The notes under the pieces are model-generated. The model worked only from the letters and a program-made list of their open reading frames with translations, did not search any database and was not told where the DNA came from. The position numbers and the translations under genes are program-made. Positions 36,107 through 46,600 of a stretch of 47,501 nucleotides of DNA are shown here, one piece after another (positions within the stretch are counted from its first letter, which is position 1; the number at the start of each line of letters is the position of its first letter). The stretch is from Bacteroidota bacterium (GTDB lineage: Bacteria; Bacteroidota; Bacteroidia; Cytophagales; Cyclobacteriaceae): contig JBCDHA010000001.1 of NCBI GenBank assembly GCA_038750705.1, positions 1 through 47,501 of the forward strand. The letters are read 5' to 3'.

Positions 36107-36322
36107 TCAATTACTAAGCTCTTCCAGGTTAAATCCTGCTTTCTGGACAGTCTGTTTTACCTTCTCCGCGTCAAGATTTGAAGTTTCGACCGTAAGGATA
36201 CGATCATCACTTTCCAAATCGACATCCCATTTCTCAATGGCTTTTTCTTCATTGAGAACAGGAGTGACTTTAGATAAACATCCAGTACAATTGATATTAG
36301 ATTTGAATTTTAGCGTCTTCAT
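36107..36322 (-). CDS. HMA-domain copper chaperone (CopZ-like)
   Basis: NINCTGC and AGF; 71 aa, downstream of copA. Confidence 0.85.
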   Translation of the reverse strand: MKTLKFKSNINCTGCLSKVTPVLNEEKAIEKWDVDLESDDRILTVETSNLDAEKVKQTVQKAGFNLEELSN

Positions 36323-36354
36323 TTTGATCTGTTTTATTGATTAAACATTTGAAC

Positions 36355-38598
36355 TTAAAGTTTGGCAGCCTTTAGTCTTAAACTATTGGCTACCACCGAT
36401 ACTGAGCTAAAGGCCATAGCAGCTCCTGCAATCATCGGATCCAGCAGAAATCCATTGTAGGCGTATAAGACTCCAGCAGCGATTGGAATACCGATCACAT
36501 TATAGATAAATGCCCAAAACAGGTTTTGCCTGATCCCCTGTACGGTTCTTCTGGATAGCTTTAAGGCTTTTGGGATTGCTCGCAAGTCGGAAGTAATAAG
36601 TGTCATCTTGGCCACATCCATAGCTATGTCCGAGCCTTTACCCATCGCAACACTTACATCCGCTTGGGCAAGTGCATGAGAATCATTGATCCCATCACCT
36701 ACCATGGCTACTACTTTGCCTTGGCCTTGTAATTCTTTTACGAAATCAGCCTTATCCGATGGCATTACTTCGGCTTTAAAGTGGTCAATGCCTACTTGGT
36801 CAGCCACGGCTTTTGCTGTTTGCTCATTGTCACCTGTGAGCATGTAAACCTCAATACCTCGCACTTGTAGTGTTTTGATTGCTGTGGCAGAACTTTCCTT
36901 TAGCTCATCTGCGATGGCCAGAATCGCCAGGACGGCCAAGTGATTGGCAAAGAAAATAACCGTTTTACCTTGATCCCTCCATTCACTGGCTTGATTATCC
37001 AGTGTGGGTGAAATTGTAATGCCTTTATTATTTATCAATCGCTGATTACCGATATAAAACTTTTCACCATCAGCTGATTGAGCTTCTGCACCCATACCGG
37101 TAATACTCTGAAAATCCAAAATACTTTCCGGTTTAAAACCTTCCTCCCTTAATCTGGCTACCACGGCATCTGCCAGGGGATGTTCAGATTGTGACTCAAT
37201 AGCCAATAGCACTTGTTTGTAGTACTCATTGTCATTTTCCCATTGCCAGTCAGTAACAGTCGGTTTACCTTTTGTTATCGTGCCTGTTTTGTCCAGTACG
37301 ATGGCATTTGTCTTGTGACCAAGCTCCAGGCTTTCGGCATCCTTGATCAGGATATTGTTTTCAGCACACTTGCCAATGCCCACCATAATGGCGGTGGGAG
37401 TAGCCAGACCCAAAGCACACGGACAAGCGATTACCAAAACCGCAACCGAGGTGAGTAGGGCGTGGGTAAACGCATCATCTCCACCTACCAGCATCCATGT
37501 TATGAAAGTCATGATAGCTATGGCGATTACAATGGGAACGAAAATCCCTGCAATTTTATCAACCAATTTCTGCACCGGGGCTTTGCTTCCCTGAGCTTCC
37601 TGTACCATCTTGATAATTTGAGAGAGCAGCGTTTCGCCACCTACTTTCTTTGCGATGAATTGGAAGCTTCCCTTTTGATTGACTGTACCCGCAAAGACTT
37701 CCGTGCCTTTAGTTTTCTCAACCGGTACTGGTTCTCCTGTGATCATACTCTCATCTACAAATGAACTTCCTTCGGAGACTTCACCGTCTACAGGTATTTT
37801 CTCTCCAGGACGAACGACAATGATATAACCCTTCTGTACTGAAGAGATTGGCATTTCCACTTCTTCACCACTTTGGATCACCTTGAGTGTCTTAGGTTGT
37901 AAGCCCATGAGCTTTTTGATGGCTGATGAAGTGTTTGATTTAGCTTTTTCTTCGAGCAGCTTACCTAACGAAATGAAGGTGATAATAACTGTAGCTGCCT
38001 CATAATAAACGTGTGGATGGATTCCTCTTGTGTGCCAGAAATCAGGAAATAGGGTATTGAATACACTGAAGATAAAGGCAATGCCTGTGCTAAGAGCAAC
38101 GAGGGTATCCATATTAGCTTTACCATGTTTGGCTTGCTTCCAGGCATTGACGTAAAAGCAGCGACCAAACCAGAACAAGATCGGTACACTAAGTACCATC
38201 GAGATCCACCGTCCGGGGATCCATTCCATATAAAACATACCTATGATGAATACAGGCAGTGTTAAAACGGCTGACCAAATCGTTCTTCGTTTTACATCCT
38301 CATAGTGCTGTTTTTGTAGATTTTCCTGGGCTTCTGATGGGTCTTCGGCATCAACGATTAAATCGTAACCCACTGATCGCAGTGCATTTTGTAGATCGGA
38401 AGGTTGGAGTGTTGTATCGTACTCTACCAATACAGATGAAGAAGCGAAGTTTACGCTGGCTGTGGATACGCCATCCGTGTTGGTTAAGATGGATTCCACG
38501 CTGGATGCGCATGCTGCACAGGTCATTCCAGTTACTGGAAACGACTGTTTAGTTGTATTTTCCCCTTTGTTGGGTATTGTTATATCTGTAGTCTCCAT
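36355..38598 (-). CDS. copA: P1B-1 Cu(I)-exporting ATPase
   Basis: GMTCAAC, TGEP, CPC, DKTGT, GDGIND and YN...MAFSS. Confidence 0.94.
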   Translation of the reverse strand: METTDITIPNKGENTTKQSFPVTGMTCAACASSVESILTNTDGVSTASVNFASSSVLVEYDTTLQPSDLQNALRSVGYDLIVDAEDPSEAQENLQKQHYEDVKRRTIWSAVLTLPVFIIGMFYMEWIPGRWISMVLSVPILFWFGRCFYVNAWKQAKHGKANMDTLVALSTGIAFIFSVFNTLFPDFWHTRGIHPHVYYEAATVIITFISLGKLLEEKAKSNTSSAIKKLMGLQPKTLKVIQSGEEVEMPISSVQKGYIIVVRPGEKIPVDGEVSEGSSFVDESMITGEPVPVEKTKGTEVFAGTVNQKGSFQFIAKKVGGETLLSQIIKMVQEAQGSKAPVQKLVDKIAGIFVPIVIAIAIMTFITWMLVGGDDAFTHALLTSVAVLVIACPCALGLATPTAIMVGIGKCAENNILIKDAESLELGHKTNAIVLDKTGTITKGKPTVTDWQWENDNEYYKQVLLAIESQSEHPLADAVVARLREEGFKPESILDFQSITGMGAEAQSADGEKFYIGNQRLINNKGITISPTLDNQASEWRDQGKTVIFFANHLAVLAILAIADELKESSATAIKTLQVRGIEVYMLTGDNEQTAKAVADQVGIDHFKAEVMPSDKADFVKELQGQGKVVAMVGDGINDSHALAQADVSVAMGKGSDIAMDVAKMTLITSDLRAIPKALKLSRRTVQGIRQNLFWAFIYNVIGIPIAAGVLYAYNGFLLDPMIAGAAMAFSSVSVVANSLRLKAAKL

Positions 38599-38624
38599 AA
38601 GTCTTTGCTATTATTTGGATACTA

Positions 38625-38689
38625 CAAATCTCAGGATCCGTCAGTGATTACCTGTTACACAATTTTGAGAAAGGTTTATGAGATTTTGG
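38625..38689 (-). promoter_or_regulatory. copA promoter with the same tandem repeats as the cus promoter
   Basis: ttacacaattttga (38655-38668) and ttatgagattttgg (38676-38689), 21-bp period; degenerate -7 GAGATTTG at the same 30-bp offset. Confidence 0.65.
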
Positions 38690-39256
38690 CTACATAGAAT
38701 CGATACTCTTTCGATCAGGTCGCTGTTTCTTGAATTGGCTAGGAGTCATACCTGTCTCTTTTTTGAATTGAGCTGATAAATGCGCTACACTGCTATAGTC
38801 CATTAGATGAGCGATTTCTGAAAATGTCAGCTCATTGTAGAAGATCAACTCTTTTACTCGCTCTATCTTCTGTTTGAGGATAAACCGCTCGATGGTTGTT
38901 CCCTCAACGGATGAAAACAATCTACTCAGTGATGAATATTCCTGGTTTAGTTTCTCTGAAATCAAGGTAGAGAAATTGACATTTAAGCCTTGCTTGTCGT
39001 GATGGATTCGGTCTACAATAATCGACTTTATCTGACCAATCAATTTTGATTTTTGATCCTGAAGCAACTCGAAACCTCGTGCTGCAAGTAGCTCCTCCAG
39101 CCGCGTTTTCTGATCACTGGTAATCTGAGAGGGAGTATTCACTTCTCCCAATTCAATGGAAGATGTTTTGATTTCCAGTTCATCAAGGATGTCCTTTACT
39201 GTATCAATGCAGCGAGGACAAACCATGTTTTTTATGTAGAGAGTATTTGCTTTCAT
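38690..39256 (-). CDS. AraC-family regulator with an N-terminal HMA-like CxxC
   Basis: IKNMVCPRC and YSSVAHLSAQFKKETGMTPSQF. Confidence 0.92.
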   Translation of the reverse strand: MKANTLYIKNMVCPRCIDTVKDILDELEIKTSSIELGEVNTPSQITSDQKTRLEELLAARGFELLQDQKSKLIGQIKSIIVDRIHHDKQGLNVNFSTLISEKLNQEYSSLSRLFSSVEGTTIERFILKQKIERVKELIFYNELTFSEIAHLMDYSSVAHLSAQFKKETGMTPSQFKKQRPDRKSIDSM

Positions 39257-39274
39257 CCATTCTTAATTTACGTT

Positions 39275-40612
39275 CTACTTATCGTTGATCAGTTTATTGA
39301 TCTGCCCGAGCATAACTTCGATTTGCGATTCATCCAACTGCTGAACTTTATCAATGAGTTCTTTACGTTGTTTGTCCAAAGTGCCATGATCATTGAAATT
39401 ATCCCATTTGTCCATTTCCTTCTCTCTCAATCTATCTACAACTCTGGCATAGCGTTGAGTCGTGGTTAATTCCGAGTGACCCAAAATATCACTAATAACC
39501 TCAATCTTCAATCCTAGTAACAAAGAATTGATTGCAAAAGTGTGCCTGAAGCCGTGAAACGTTACATGCTTATCTATTTCAGCAATTTTTAATATCTCTT
39601 TCAGATAATTATTAGTCGTTCCGTTTTCCTGGACTGGCTGTTCAAAAAGCAAATCAGACTTTCCGTCAAGGTTTAATAACGATAACAGTCGTGATTTCAT
39701 CGGTATTCTTACCGTTTTCTTTTTCCCCAACCGGTCTTTTTCCATTTGCTTGACGATGTACCCATTTTGAATATGTTCTTTCCGCAGGGTTTTAATATCA
39801 GAATGTCTAAGCCCACAATAGCAAGCAACTAAGGCCTGTTGTAGCGTACTTTGATATCGCGCTCCAATATGAAAATCTTGAGCATGTTTGCTTGTTGCCT
39901 TTTTGATGTATTTAAGGAGTTCCTTGCTATCATAGAGGTCATGAAGCTTCGTAATTTCTTCCGGCTCTAGGTAGGTAACATCGACCAGCTGAGGTTGACC
40001 AACGGTAAAGTTGGTGAATGGGTATTTCTTGATCTCTCCAGATTTATGTAACCTTAAAGTGTATTTTCTCAGAAAGGAGAATACATGGTATTGCGTGTTT
40101 GCCGCATACTTTGGTATCAGGTACTTTTTGAGCTTTCCTAAGAATTCCTCGTCAATTTCATGAATCGTAAGTTTGCTTTGAAAGCCTTTGAGAATATCGA
40201 TTTGATTTCTGTATCCCTTGAGTGTTGATTCCTTAATCTGAGTCTCTTCCTTTTCTCTTTCTAGTTCGCCTTCGACATACTCGTAAAAATCATTGGTTTG
40301 AATTTTACCCGTAATCCCTCTGTAAACGTCCTTGATCTTTTTGAACGTAATGGCCTGATCAGTTCTCTCCAGCTCATCAATGATGTTGTCGACTTTTACT
40401 TCCTGTCTTCTAATGAATGAATTGATCTGTGTATATCCTTTAGTGCCAGGTTTGATCCTTTTGAGCTTGGAATCATATTGATCGACACTGATCTTTCTAC
40501 CAAGATTTAAATAGTTGTTCTTACGGTTTAAGGTAACCCTTAGCGTAAGAGGTATTGTTCCGTTTTTCGAAACGTATCCCGGTCGACATTCAAAATTGAT
40601 GCTTACGTTCAT
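39275..40612 (-). CDS. Tyrosine recombinase / integrase with an N-terminal arm-binding domain
   Basis: GLRHSD (R), HGFRHTFA (HxxR), LGHS and TTQRYA (Y); Bacteroidota-type N-terminal arm and SAM-like domains. Confidence 0.95.
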   Translation of the reverse strand: MNVSINFECRPGYVSKNGTIPLTLRVTLNRKNNYLNLGRKISVDQYDSKLKRIKPGTKGYTQINSFIRRQEVKVDNIIDELERTDQAITFKKIKDVYRGITGKIQTNDFYEYVEGELEREKEETQIKESTLKGYRNQIDILKGFQSKLTIHEIDEEFLGKLKKYLIPKYAANTQYHVFSFLRKYTLRLHKSGEIKKYPFTNFTVGQPQLVDVTYLEPEEITKLHDLYDSKELLKYIKKATSKHAQDFHIGARYQSTLQQALVACYCGLRHSDIKTLRKEHIQNGYIVKQMEKDRLGKKKTVRIPMKSRLLSLLNLDGKSDLLFEQPVQENGTTNNYLKEILKIAEIDKHVTFHGFRHTFAINSLLLGLKIEVISDILGHSELTTTQRYARVVDRLREKEMDKWDNFNDHGTLDKQRKELIDKVQQLDESQIEVMLGQINKLINDK

Positions 40613-40627
40613 ACTGTAAAGGTCAAA

Positions 40628-40649
40628 AATTAGTGAACAATTAGTGAAC
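40628..40649. repeat. Tandem 11-bp direct repeat; candidate integrase arm-type sites
   Basis: AATTAGTGAAC twice, between the integrase start and the att core. Confidence 0.65.
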
Positions 40650-40761
40650 AGAATTCACGAATATTGAATTTATGTCAACAATCGCTCCAAAGAGATGGCC
40701 GAATTTAGCGATTTAAAGGGGTTTTTAGAGATAGGTGTTCAAATAGATGGGTAAAATCAAC

Positions 40762-40801
40762 GTTTAGGAAACTTCTATTCTATCCATTGAACTACGGGGC
40801 C
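40762..40801 (-). pseudogene. 5' half of tRNA-Arg(CCT), truncated just after the anticodon loop (att junction)
   Basis: GGCCCCGTAGTTCAATGGATAGAATAGAAGTTTCCTAAAC, then no T-arm (GGTTCGA) or 3' acceptor strand. Confidence 0.85.
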
Positions 40802-40842
40802 TTAGTAAAAACGTGTAATTTCTAACTTACTATTTCGGGTGG

Positions 40843-40850
40843 CAAAAGTA
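40843..40850 (-). promoter_or_regulatory. Bacteroidota -7 promoter element upstream of the tRNA-Arg fragment
   Basis: TACTTTTG matches TAnnTTTG. Confidence 0.6.
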
Positions 40851-41006
40851 GAAAAAAGCCAGACTGTAGTCAATCAAAACTCATTCTTTCGCAGATCTGT
40901 CTTTTTTCGAGTTATTCGGTTATGACCTAATTAAGAGCCCGGTTGATGACGTACTTAAACATCCTAACAATATGGTTAAGAGTTTGCTTAACTTTTCTCA
41001 CAGAAC

Positions 41007-41305
41007 TCATTGCTCTCGCAACGAACGAACTGAATTCGTAGTAGCCACTTTTAAGGCGTGATAACTTATCGTTAAAAAGGCTGCCAGCACCCCAGCCAAA
41101 GTAGCTAACCAAAAACGACTTACTGAAATCCGACATTATAAGCAAACCCTGAAAGCAGGGTATTCATGGCATAATATACAACGGGAGCAGCCATGAGCGT
41201 CCTTAATAAAACCAGTTTCAAAAAATCCCTTGAAACCAAAGCAATAATACTTACCACACTCACTCCTACTACTTTACGGACGGCCACGGCCTTCCCAATG
41301 CTCAC
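41007..41305 (-). pseudogene. Frameshifted C-terminal remnant of an FtsX/MacB-type ABC permease
   Basis: VRKVVGVSV..II.LVSRDFLKLV...AAP..YY.M..LSGFAY in one frame and LTISYHALKVATTNSVRSLREQ* in another; no N-terminal part. Confidence 0.7.
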
Positions 41306-41348
41306 TGCAATTGATCCGGATAACTTATCGTCCTGCTGGGTGTAAACG

Positions 41349-41376
41349 AAAAAACCCAGACTTTCTGCCTGGGTTT
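41349..41376 (-). terminator. Intrinsic terminator after tRNA-Lys
   Basis: AAACCCAGGCAGAAAGTCTGGGTTTTTT on the minus strand. Confidence 0.75.
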
Positions 41377-41381
41377 CAACG

Positions 41382-41454
41382 TGATCCGACTGGGGCTCGA
41401 ACCCAGGACCCTCTCCTTAAAAGGGAGATGCTCTACCAGCTGAGCTATCGGATC
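41382..41454 (-). tRNA. tRNA-Lys(TTT)
   Basis: GATCCGATAGCTCAGCTGGTAGAGCATCTCCCTTTTAAGGAGAGGGTCCTGGGTTCGAGCCCCAGTCGGATCA forms a full cloverleaf; CCA not encoded; promoter TACATTTG at 41509-41502. Confidence 0.95.
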
Positions 41455-41634
41455 TTGCCATAAAAAAGCCCTTTCTAAAGGGGCTGTTTTTAACAGAGTT
41501 GCAAATGTAGCAGGCCTATTAGAAAAACCAAAACAACCACATAAAAAAACTTTTTATCTCAACTTATAACCACTTAAATAATCAGTCAATCGCTCCTTCT
41601 TATAAATCCATCCAACCTACTATATTTGCACGCA

Positions 41635-42360
41635 ATGCAAAAAGCGCTGACCCTACTTTCATTCTTTATATGCCCTCTCCTTTGCTCAGGGCAATCTACC
41701 TCCCTTCAGAAGCTGGAGCACGCGGATTCACTTTTTGAAGTCAAGAAATATACAGAGTCATTCGAAATCTATGATTACCTGCTGGAAGCTGAAAAAAATT
41801 CCAGCCCTGCTATGCTGTTAAAAATGGCCTTCATTCGTGAAGGTCTCGGCGATTACAGCGGTGCCTTGTACTATTTAAATACGTACTATCTAAAAACTTC
41901 TGACAGAAGAGTACTTCAAAAAATGGAGGAAATGGCAGGTAAAAGAGGTCTTGAAGGCTATGCCTTCACGGATTACGATTTCTTCTTAACTAATTTTTAC
42001 AAGTACTATAACTTTATTGTTTATGGCTTACTGGCGCTCTCAATATTGATGTTAGCGCTGGTTTATCGACTAAAGGTACAGTTGAAGCAGTCTCCGGCTT
42101 TCCCGGCTATCATCATGGTGATCGTACTGGCCGGTCTTTTTTACACACTCAACTTTGGCCGTGAATATAATCGTGCTATAATCATTTCTTCTGATACTTA
42201 CTTGATGAGTGGACCATCGGCTGGCTCAGAAGTTGTTGACATCCTCGACAAAGGGCACAGACTTTCTTATTCTTCAAAAAAAGATGTATGGGTAAAGGTA
42301 AATTGGAAAGACAATGCAGCATACATTAAAGAGGATAAGCTTCGGTATCTCCATTTTTAG
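41635..42360 (+). CDS. Membrane protein with a TPR-like N-terminus and C-terminal SH3-like domain (BatE-like)
   Basis: Signal peptide, helical repeats, two TM helices and LMSGPSAGS...GHRL...WVKV.W...YI; TATATTTG at 41621-41628. Confidence 0.7.
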   Translation: MQKALTLLSFFICPLLCSGQSTSLQKLEHADSLFEVKKYTESFEIYDYLLEAEKNSSPAMLLKMAFIREGLGDYSGALYYLNTYYLKTSDRRVLQKMEEMAGKRGLEGYAFTDYDFFLTNFYKYYNFIVYGLLALSILMLALVYRLKVQLKQSPAFPAIIMVIVLAGLFYTLNFGREYNRAIIISSDTYLMSGPSAGSEVVDILDKGHRLSYSSKKDVWVKVNWKDNAAYIKEDKLRYLHF

Positions 42361-42485
42361 AGATACCATATAATCATTTCTCCTTTGCATACCAATTTAT
42401 TACCTTGTGGTGAAGATCACAGATGATAGATTTCCGTTAACTTATTCGATAAGAGACTAACACTAATGAAAACTGACCAAAGGAA

Positions 42486-43169
42486 ATGAATGGGCTTTGT
42501 AAAATTCTGTTGGTAACAATGGCGGCAATATCAACTAAGAATATGGCACAAAAAATGTCGATCCCTTTTCAAGCAGGAATTGAAATTGACGGAAAAAGCA
42601 ATGACTGGGATGGCGTTCGCGAATACAGATTTATAACTGATTCTGATTCCAGCTGGCAGGTAAGCGGAAATATTGGCGATGGTGACCTATCCGGAGGGGT
42701 CAAAATAGCATGGAGTAATGATGGCCTGTATTTCTGCATAGAATGGAAAGATGATATTATAGATACTAAATTCATTCCGCAAGACTCCTCAATTATTAGG
42801 TCGGCCTCCGGAAGACGAATGGATGCTATGTATTTATATGACAATCTGAAAATACAATTACGTGCAGAAGACCTGAATTATAGCTGTTGGCTTGCTCCGA
42901 ATGGTCTTCAATGGCACCAGTTATTAGAAAAGAAAAGTAAAGTAAACAGACCACCACCAACTATAAAAAGTAGTTTAAACGAAGAAGGTAGTACAACCAT
43001 TGAATTCAAAATAGATTGGGCACATTTTGGTACCAACCCTGAAATAAGTGATGCATTTAACCTGTTGATTCTTATCAACGATACTGATGTTCCCGGTTAT
43101 TCAGTCTCAAAGCGGATGGAAACGCCAAGGAAGTTTGTCTCTTTATCAAGCGAGATAACCTTAAATTAA
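42486..43169 (+). CDS. Secreted protein with a CBM9/DOMON-like sugar-binding fold
   Basis: IEIDG..NDW, W..DGLYF..E..DD, EFKI.W and INDTD. Confidence 0.6.
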   Translation: MNGLCKILLVTMAAISTKNMAQKMSIPFQAGIEIDGKSNDWDGVREYRFITDSDSSWQVSGNIGDGDLSGGVKIAWSNDGLYFCIEWKDDIIDTKFIPQDSSIIRSASGRRMDAMYLYDNLKIQLRAEDLNYSCWLAPNGLQWHQLLEKKSKVNRPPPTIKSSLNEEGSTTIEFKIDWAHFGTNPEISDAFNLLILINDTDVPGYSVSKRMETPRKFVSLSSEITLN

Positions 43170-43189
43170 TCGTAAATGAGAAAAGTATC

Positions 43190-43567
43190 ATGAACTTAGA
43201 ACAAAACAAGAAAAACGCCATCGCCTTTTATAAAGCGGCCTATGAAGGCAATCCAAAAGGAGCCGTTGACAAGTATATAGGTGATGATTATATACAACAT
43301 AACCCTGATGTAGCGGATGGCACCCAAGGTTTTATCGACTACTTTGAACGCATGCAAATGGAATACCCTGACAAATCCATTGAATTTGTGCGCTGTATAG
43401 CTGAAGGAAACCTGGTGGCGTTACATACACACCAAACCTGGCCAGGTAATGACCAATATGTAACCATGGATTTTTTCAGGTTTGATGAGAACAGCAAGAT
43501 CGTAGAGCACTGGGATGCTATTCAGCAGATACCGGACAAATCGGCTAATCCAAATACAATGTATTAA
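43190..43567 (+). CDS. SnoaL-like / NTF2-family protein
   Basis: YIQHNP.VADG, IAEGNLV and DFFRFD..KIVEHWD. Confidence 0.88.
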   Translation: MNLEQNKKNAIAFYKAAYEGNPKGAVDKYIGDDYIQHNPDVADGTQGFIDYFERMQMEYPDKSIEFVRCIAEGNLVALHTHQTWPGNDQYVTMDFFRFDENSKIVEHWDAIQQIPDKSANPNTMY

Positions 43568-43568
43568 A

Positions 43569-43587
43569 GCCCCACCTGAAGTGGGGC
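43569..43587. terminator. Hairpin between convergent genes; probable terminator
   Basis: gccccac-ctgaa-gtggggc; the U-tract is weak. Confidence 0.5.
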
Positions 43588-43619
43588 AAGTAATTAAGGT
43601 TAAAATCAAATCTTATTAA

Positions 43620-46600
43620 TTAGTTGACGATCACTTTGTTGGTTAATCTTTCTCCGGAAGACAACACAACTGTAACAACATAAAACCCACCTTCCAATGA
43701 AAGATCGAGACCAATCTTTTGCTCACCTTCGTAAGCCTGTCTTTGTTCTGATACCACTATCTTTCCAGTCAAATCTTGAATGGTCAATTGGTAGTTGCCA
43801 TTTATTTCTGATTCAAAGACGATGTTCATACGCTCTTTCACTGGATTAGGGTATACTGTAAGTCCCTGATTTACTTGGTTTTCATTTTCACTTCTTACCG
43901 AAAGTATTCTTTCGTTACCGAATTTAATTTTAGAAGCTGAAAAATTAAAGTCCTCTTTGTTTTCGACCTGGCTAATAAATGAGAAAACTATTGATTTTAA
44001 TTCCAGATTTTCCGTGATACGAGAACCTTTAAAGTCCTCCAATCTTAATATGACAGTTGATTTCTCAGTATGAACGGGTATAATATATTTCAACCTATTA
44101 TTCCACTCCACAAGACCTTTCTCTACAAGTACGATCTCCAAAGGCCGGTCGTTTTCAATATCAAAACTCATAGTTGAAAACTCACTACATACCAACGTGC
44201 CCTCCCCTGCCTTTAAATTTCTAAATACGTTAACAACATCCGAACTAGCTCCCGAAATACTAAAGTCCCTTTCAACCAGATACGAGTCGGGCGAAGCTAT
44301 TTCCTGAACTTCTGTAACTTGGAAATGACTTACTGTTGACAGCTTTGAATTAAAATCGGTACCCCATGCTCCGTCCGCCAGATAGAGAGCATCGTAAGCC
44401 GCATTGTCTGAGGACCTTACTGATAATCCTGCATCGAAAAGGTGTCCTGTTTCGAGTAAGATCTCTTGTTCAGAATTTCCATTTAATGAAATTGTATACG
44501 TCTTTTTCAAAAAAGACTCCTGTTCAGTATTCCTTGAACTCACCTCTATCTCAGCCTCAGTATGACCTGATGTATTCATGATGGTCATGATCAAAGCTCC
44601 GCTTTCGTATCTGCCTTTTTTTACGATCACCTCTGGCAGGGCTTCGGACTCAGTATTTGAAACGATGTCTTTATCGCTTTTCAACTGCTCCAGAACGTGC
44701 TTCAATATGAAGAATACTTGTCCGGGTGTTGAACCCCACGCCTGAAAGTTCAAATAATTTCCAGTTGGGTAATTATCTACATTCCATCGACTGTACACCT
44801 CGTATTGATCATCCAAATCTTTTACGGAAAACCACGAGGAATATTCCACTGCACCATACTCATCTTTAATTTTTGCAAATATTACCTGTATCCCGTCCAG
44901 ATTCATCACCTTAGTTTCTTCTATGGATTTTCCATTAAGACGGTCACAAACATTTTTTGAATGATCATATACTTCATTGTTGGTTTCGAGAAGTAATGAG
45001 GCAGCTACCCTCTTTTCATTTAAGTAATAATCTACAGCAAAGAGATCAACCGCATTGGTTATTCCGATTAAGTCTTCCGGACTTGATACGGTAACACTTT
45101 CATTGCCTGTAAGGCCACTGGAAGGAAAATAACTACTCTTTCCACTGGTTCTATTGGCCTTGGTAGTTTTATAAAAAGATAATGTAGGTTGAAAACCTTT
45201 AATGTGCATCTTGCTATTAGTCTTCACTCTGCCATAATTACGCTTTGCAACGGCACGGGCCAATGAACCATTACTTTCCAGGCCTCCATTATTGCCGGTA
45301 GTTACTTCGCAATTCTCACCATCACATACGGTAGTCAAATTGTATCGATAATCTTCTACTTCTCCCAATACCATAATATCACCTGACAACTGATCGGACG
45401 CAAGGTTAGATTCAGCGATTATAAGCCTGATATTCACATTACCACCTGAAAAACCGCCTGGTACATTAATTTGTCTAATCACGGTTTTGCTTCCGGTCAG
45501 ATACTCCGAATCAATGATGACATCGTCAAAAGAACCATTATCGTCCCAGTCAATTCCCAGCATATAATGTGCAAGGCCTTCCATATTAGCATTGAGTCCA
45601 ATAATCGCAGAAACTTCACCCTCGGCTATTTCTGTAGATAACGTAAACCCGTCATCTAAATCTCCATCAGCCTGAGCGTTTGAAGGGTCTGAGTTATCGA
45701 AATTCACCGTATTACCAAGCCAGAATTTACTAAAATCAGGAACATTATCGTTACTTAGATCCTGACGATAAGACAGTACCCTGCTTTGTGGAAAGGCACT
45801 ATTATCACCATAGTCGAACTCATAGATTACAGGTATTTCCGTTGGGCAGGAAAACCCATCGTTTTTACTTAATTCAGCGGTAGAATGTGACACCACTCTT
45901 GCCTCCAGTGTTGCCACATCAATTCTCAAAATTTTACCGGTAGCATTATGAGAAGCGTATAAGTATCCATCCGAACCACCCCACTGGGCACCATAACCCC
46001 CACTTATGCCAACAACTCCTGTAATGGCACCCAAAGTGGTTTTTGTATTGGTAGTTGTATTAAACTGTTCTAGCGCTTGATTATGCAGAGAATAAAAATG
46101 TCCGTCTGAGTGAAAAGCCAAATCCCAACCTTTCAAGCCTTGCCCTGAATAAGTAGCTAGAACTGACGGAGTTCCACTTACATCTATTTTGACCATATCA
46201 CCGCCTACAACACCGTACCATTCGCTATCATTGTTAATATCTCCCCGATATACATTTTTAGAAAATGATATACCTTGATCAATGACCACTCCATCCGCAT
46301 CCAGCTGAATAAATCTTTTACCCGAAGCACCATAAACCAGTCCGGTGTTAATATCAAAACCTAAGCCGTTAGCAAAATCGGATGCTATGGCTATTGCATC
46401 ATAATCTCCTGTAATAGGATTTAATTTGCCATAAACGTTAGGTTGATTTTTACCTTTCTTCTTGTACACTTGATAGAACGCCGGTTCACAGCTATAACTA
46501 TTTGGCGTAGGACATTGCCCAACAGCAATGGCTTCAGAAAGTGTAGACGGATAAACTAATGTTCCAGGTGTAGTTAGTTCAACACTAATGTTATTATATT

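Larger units (their letters stand above)
1..40770. mobile_element. Integrative element / genomic island inserted in tRNA-Arg(CCT); right junction at about 40764-40770, left end not seen in the window
   Basis: Tyrosine integrase next to a split tRNA, tandem arm-type repeats, excisionase-like genes, RadC, MTase, defence and heavy-metal cargo. No matching att or tRNA 3' half was found in the window. Inclusion of 1-5701 in the element is inferred. Confidence 0.75.

Noticed and set aside
40613-40766. Group I intron in tRNA-Arg(CCU) as the explanation of the split tRNA
   Set aside because: No 3' exon or intron core is visible; the sequence leads into arm-like repeats and the integrase
40927-41145. 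72-aa ORF
   Set aside because: It is an alternative frame over the ABC-permease pseudogene
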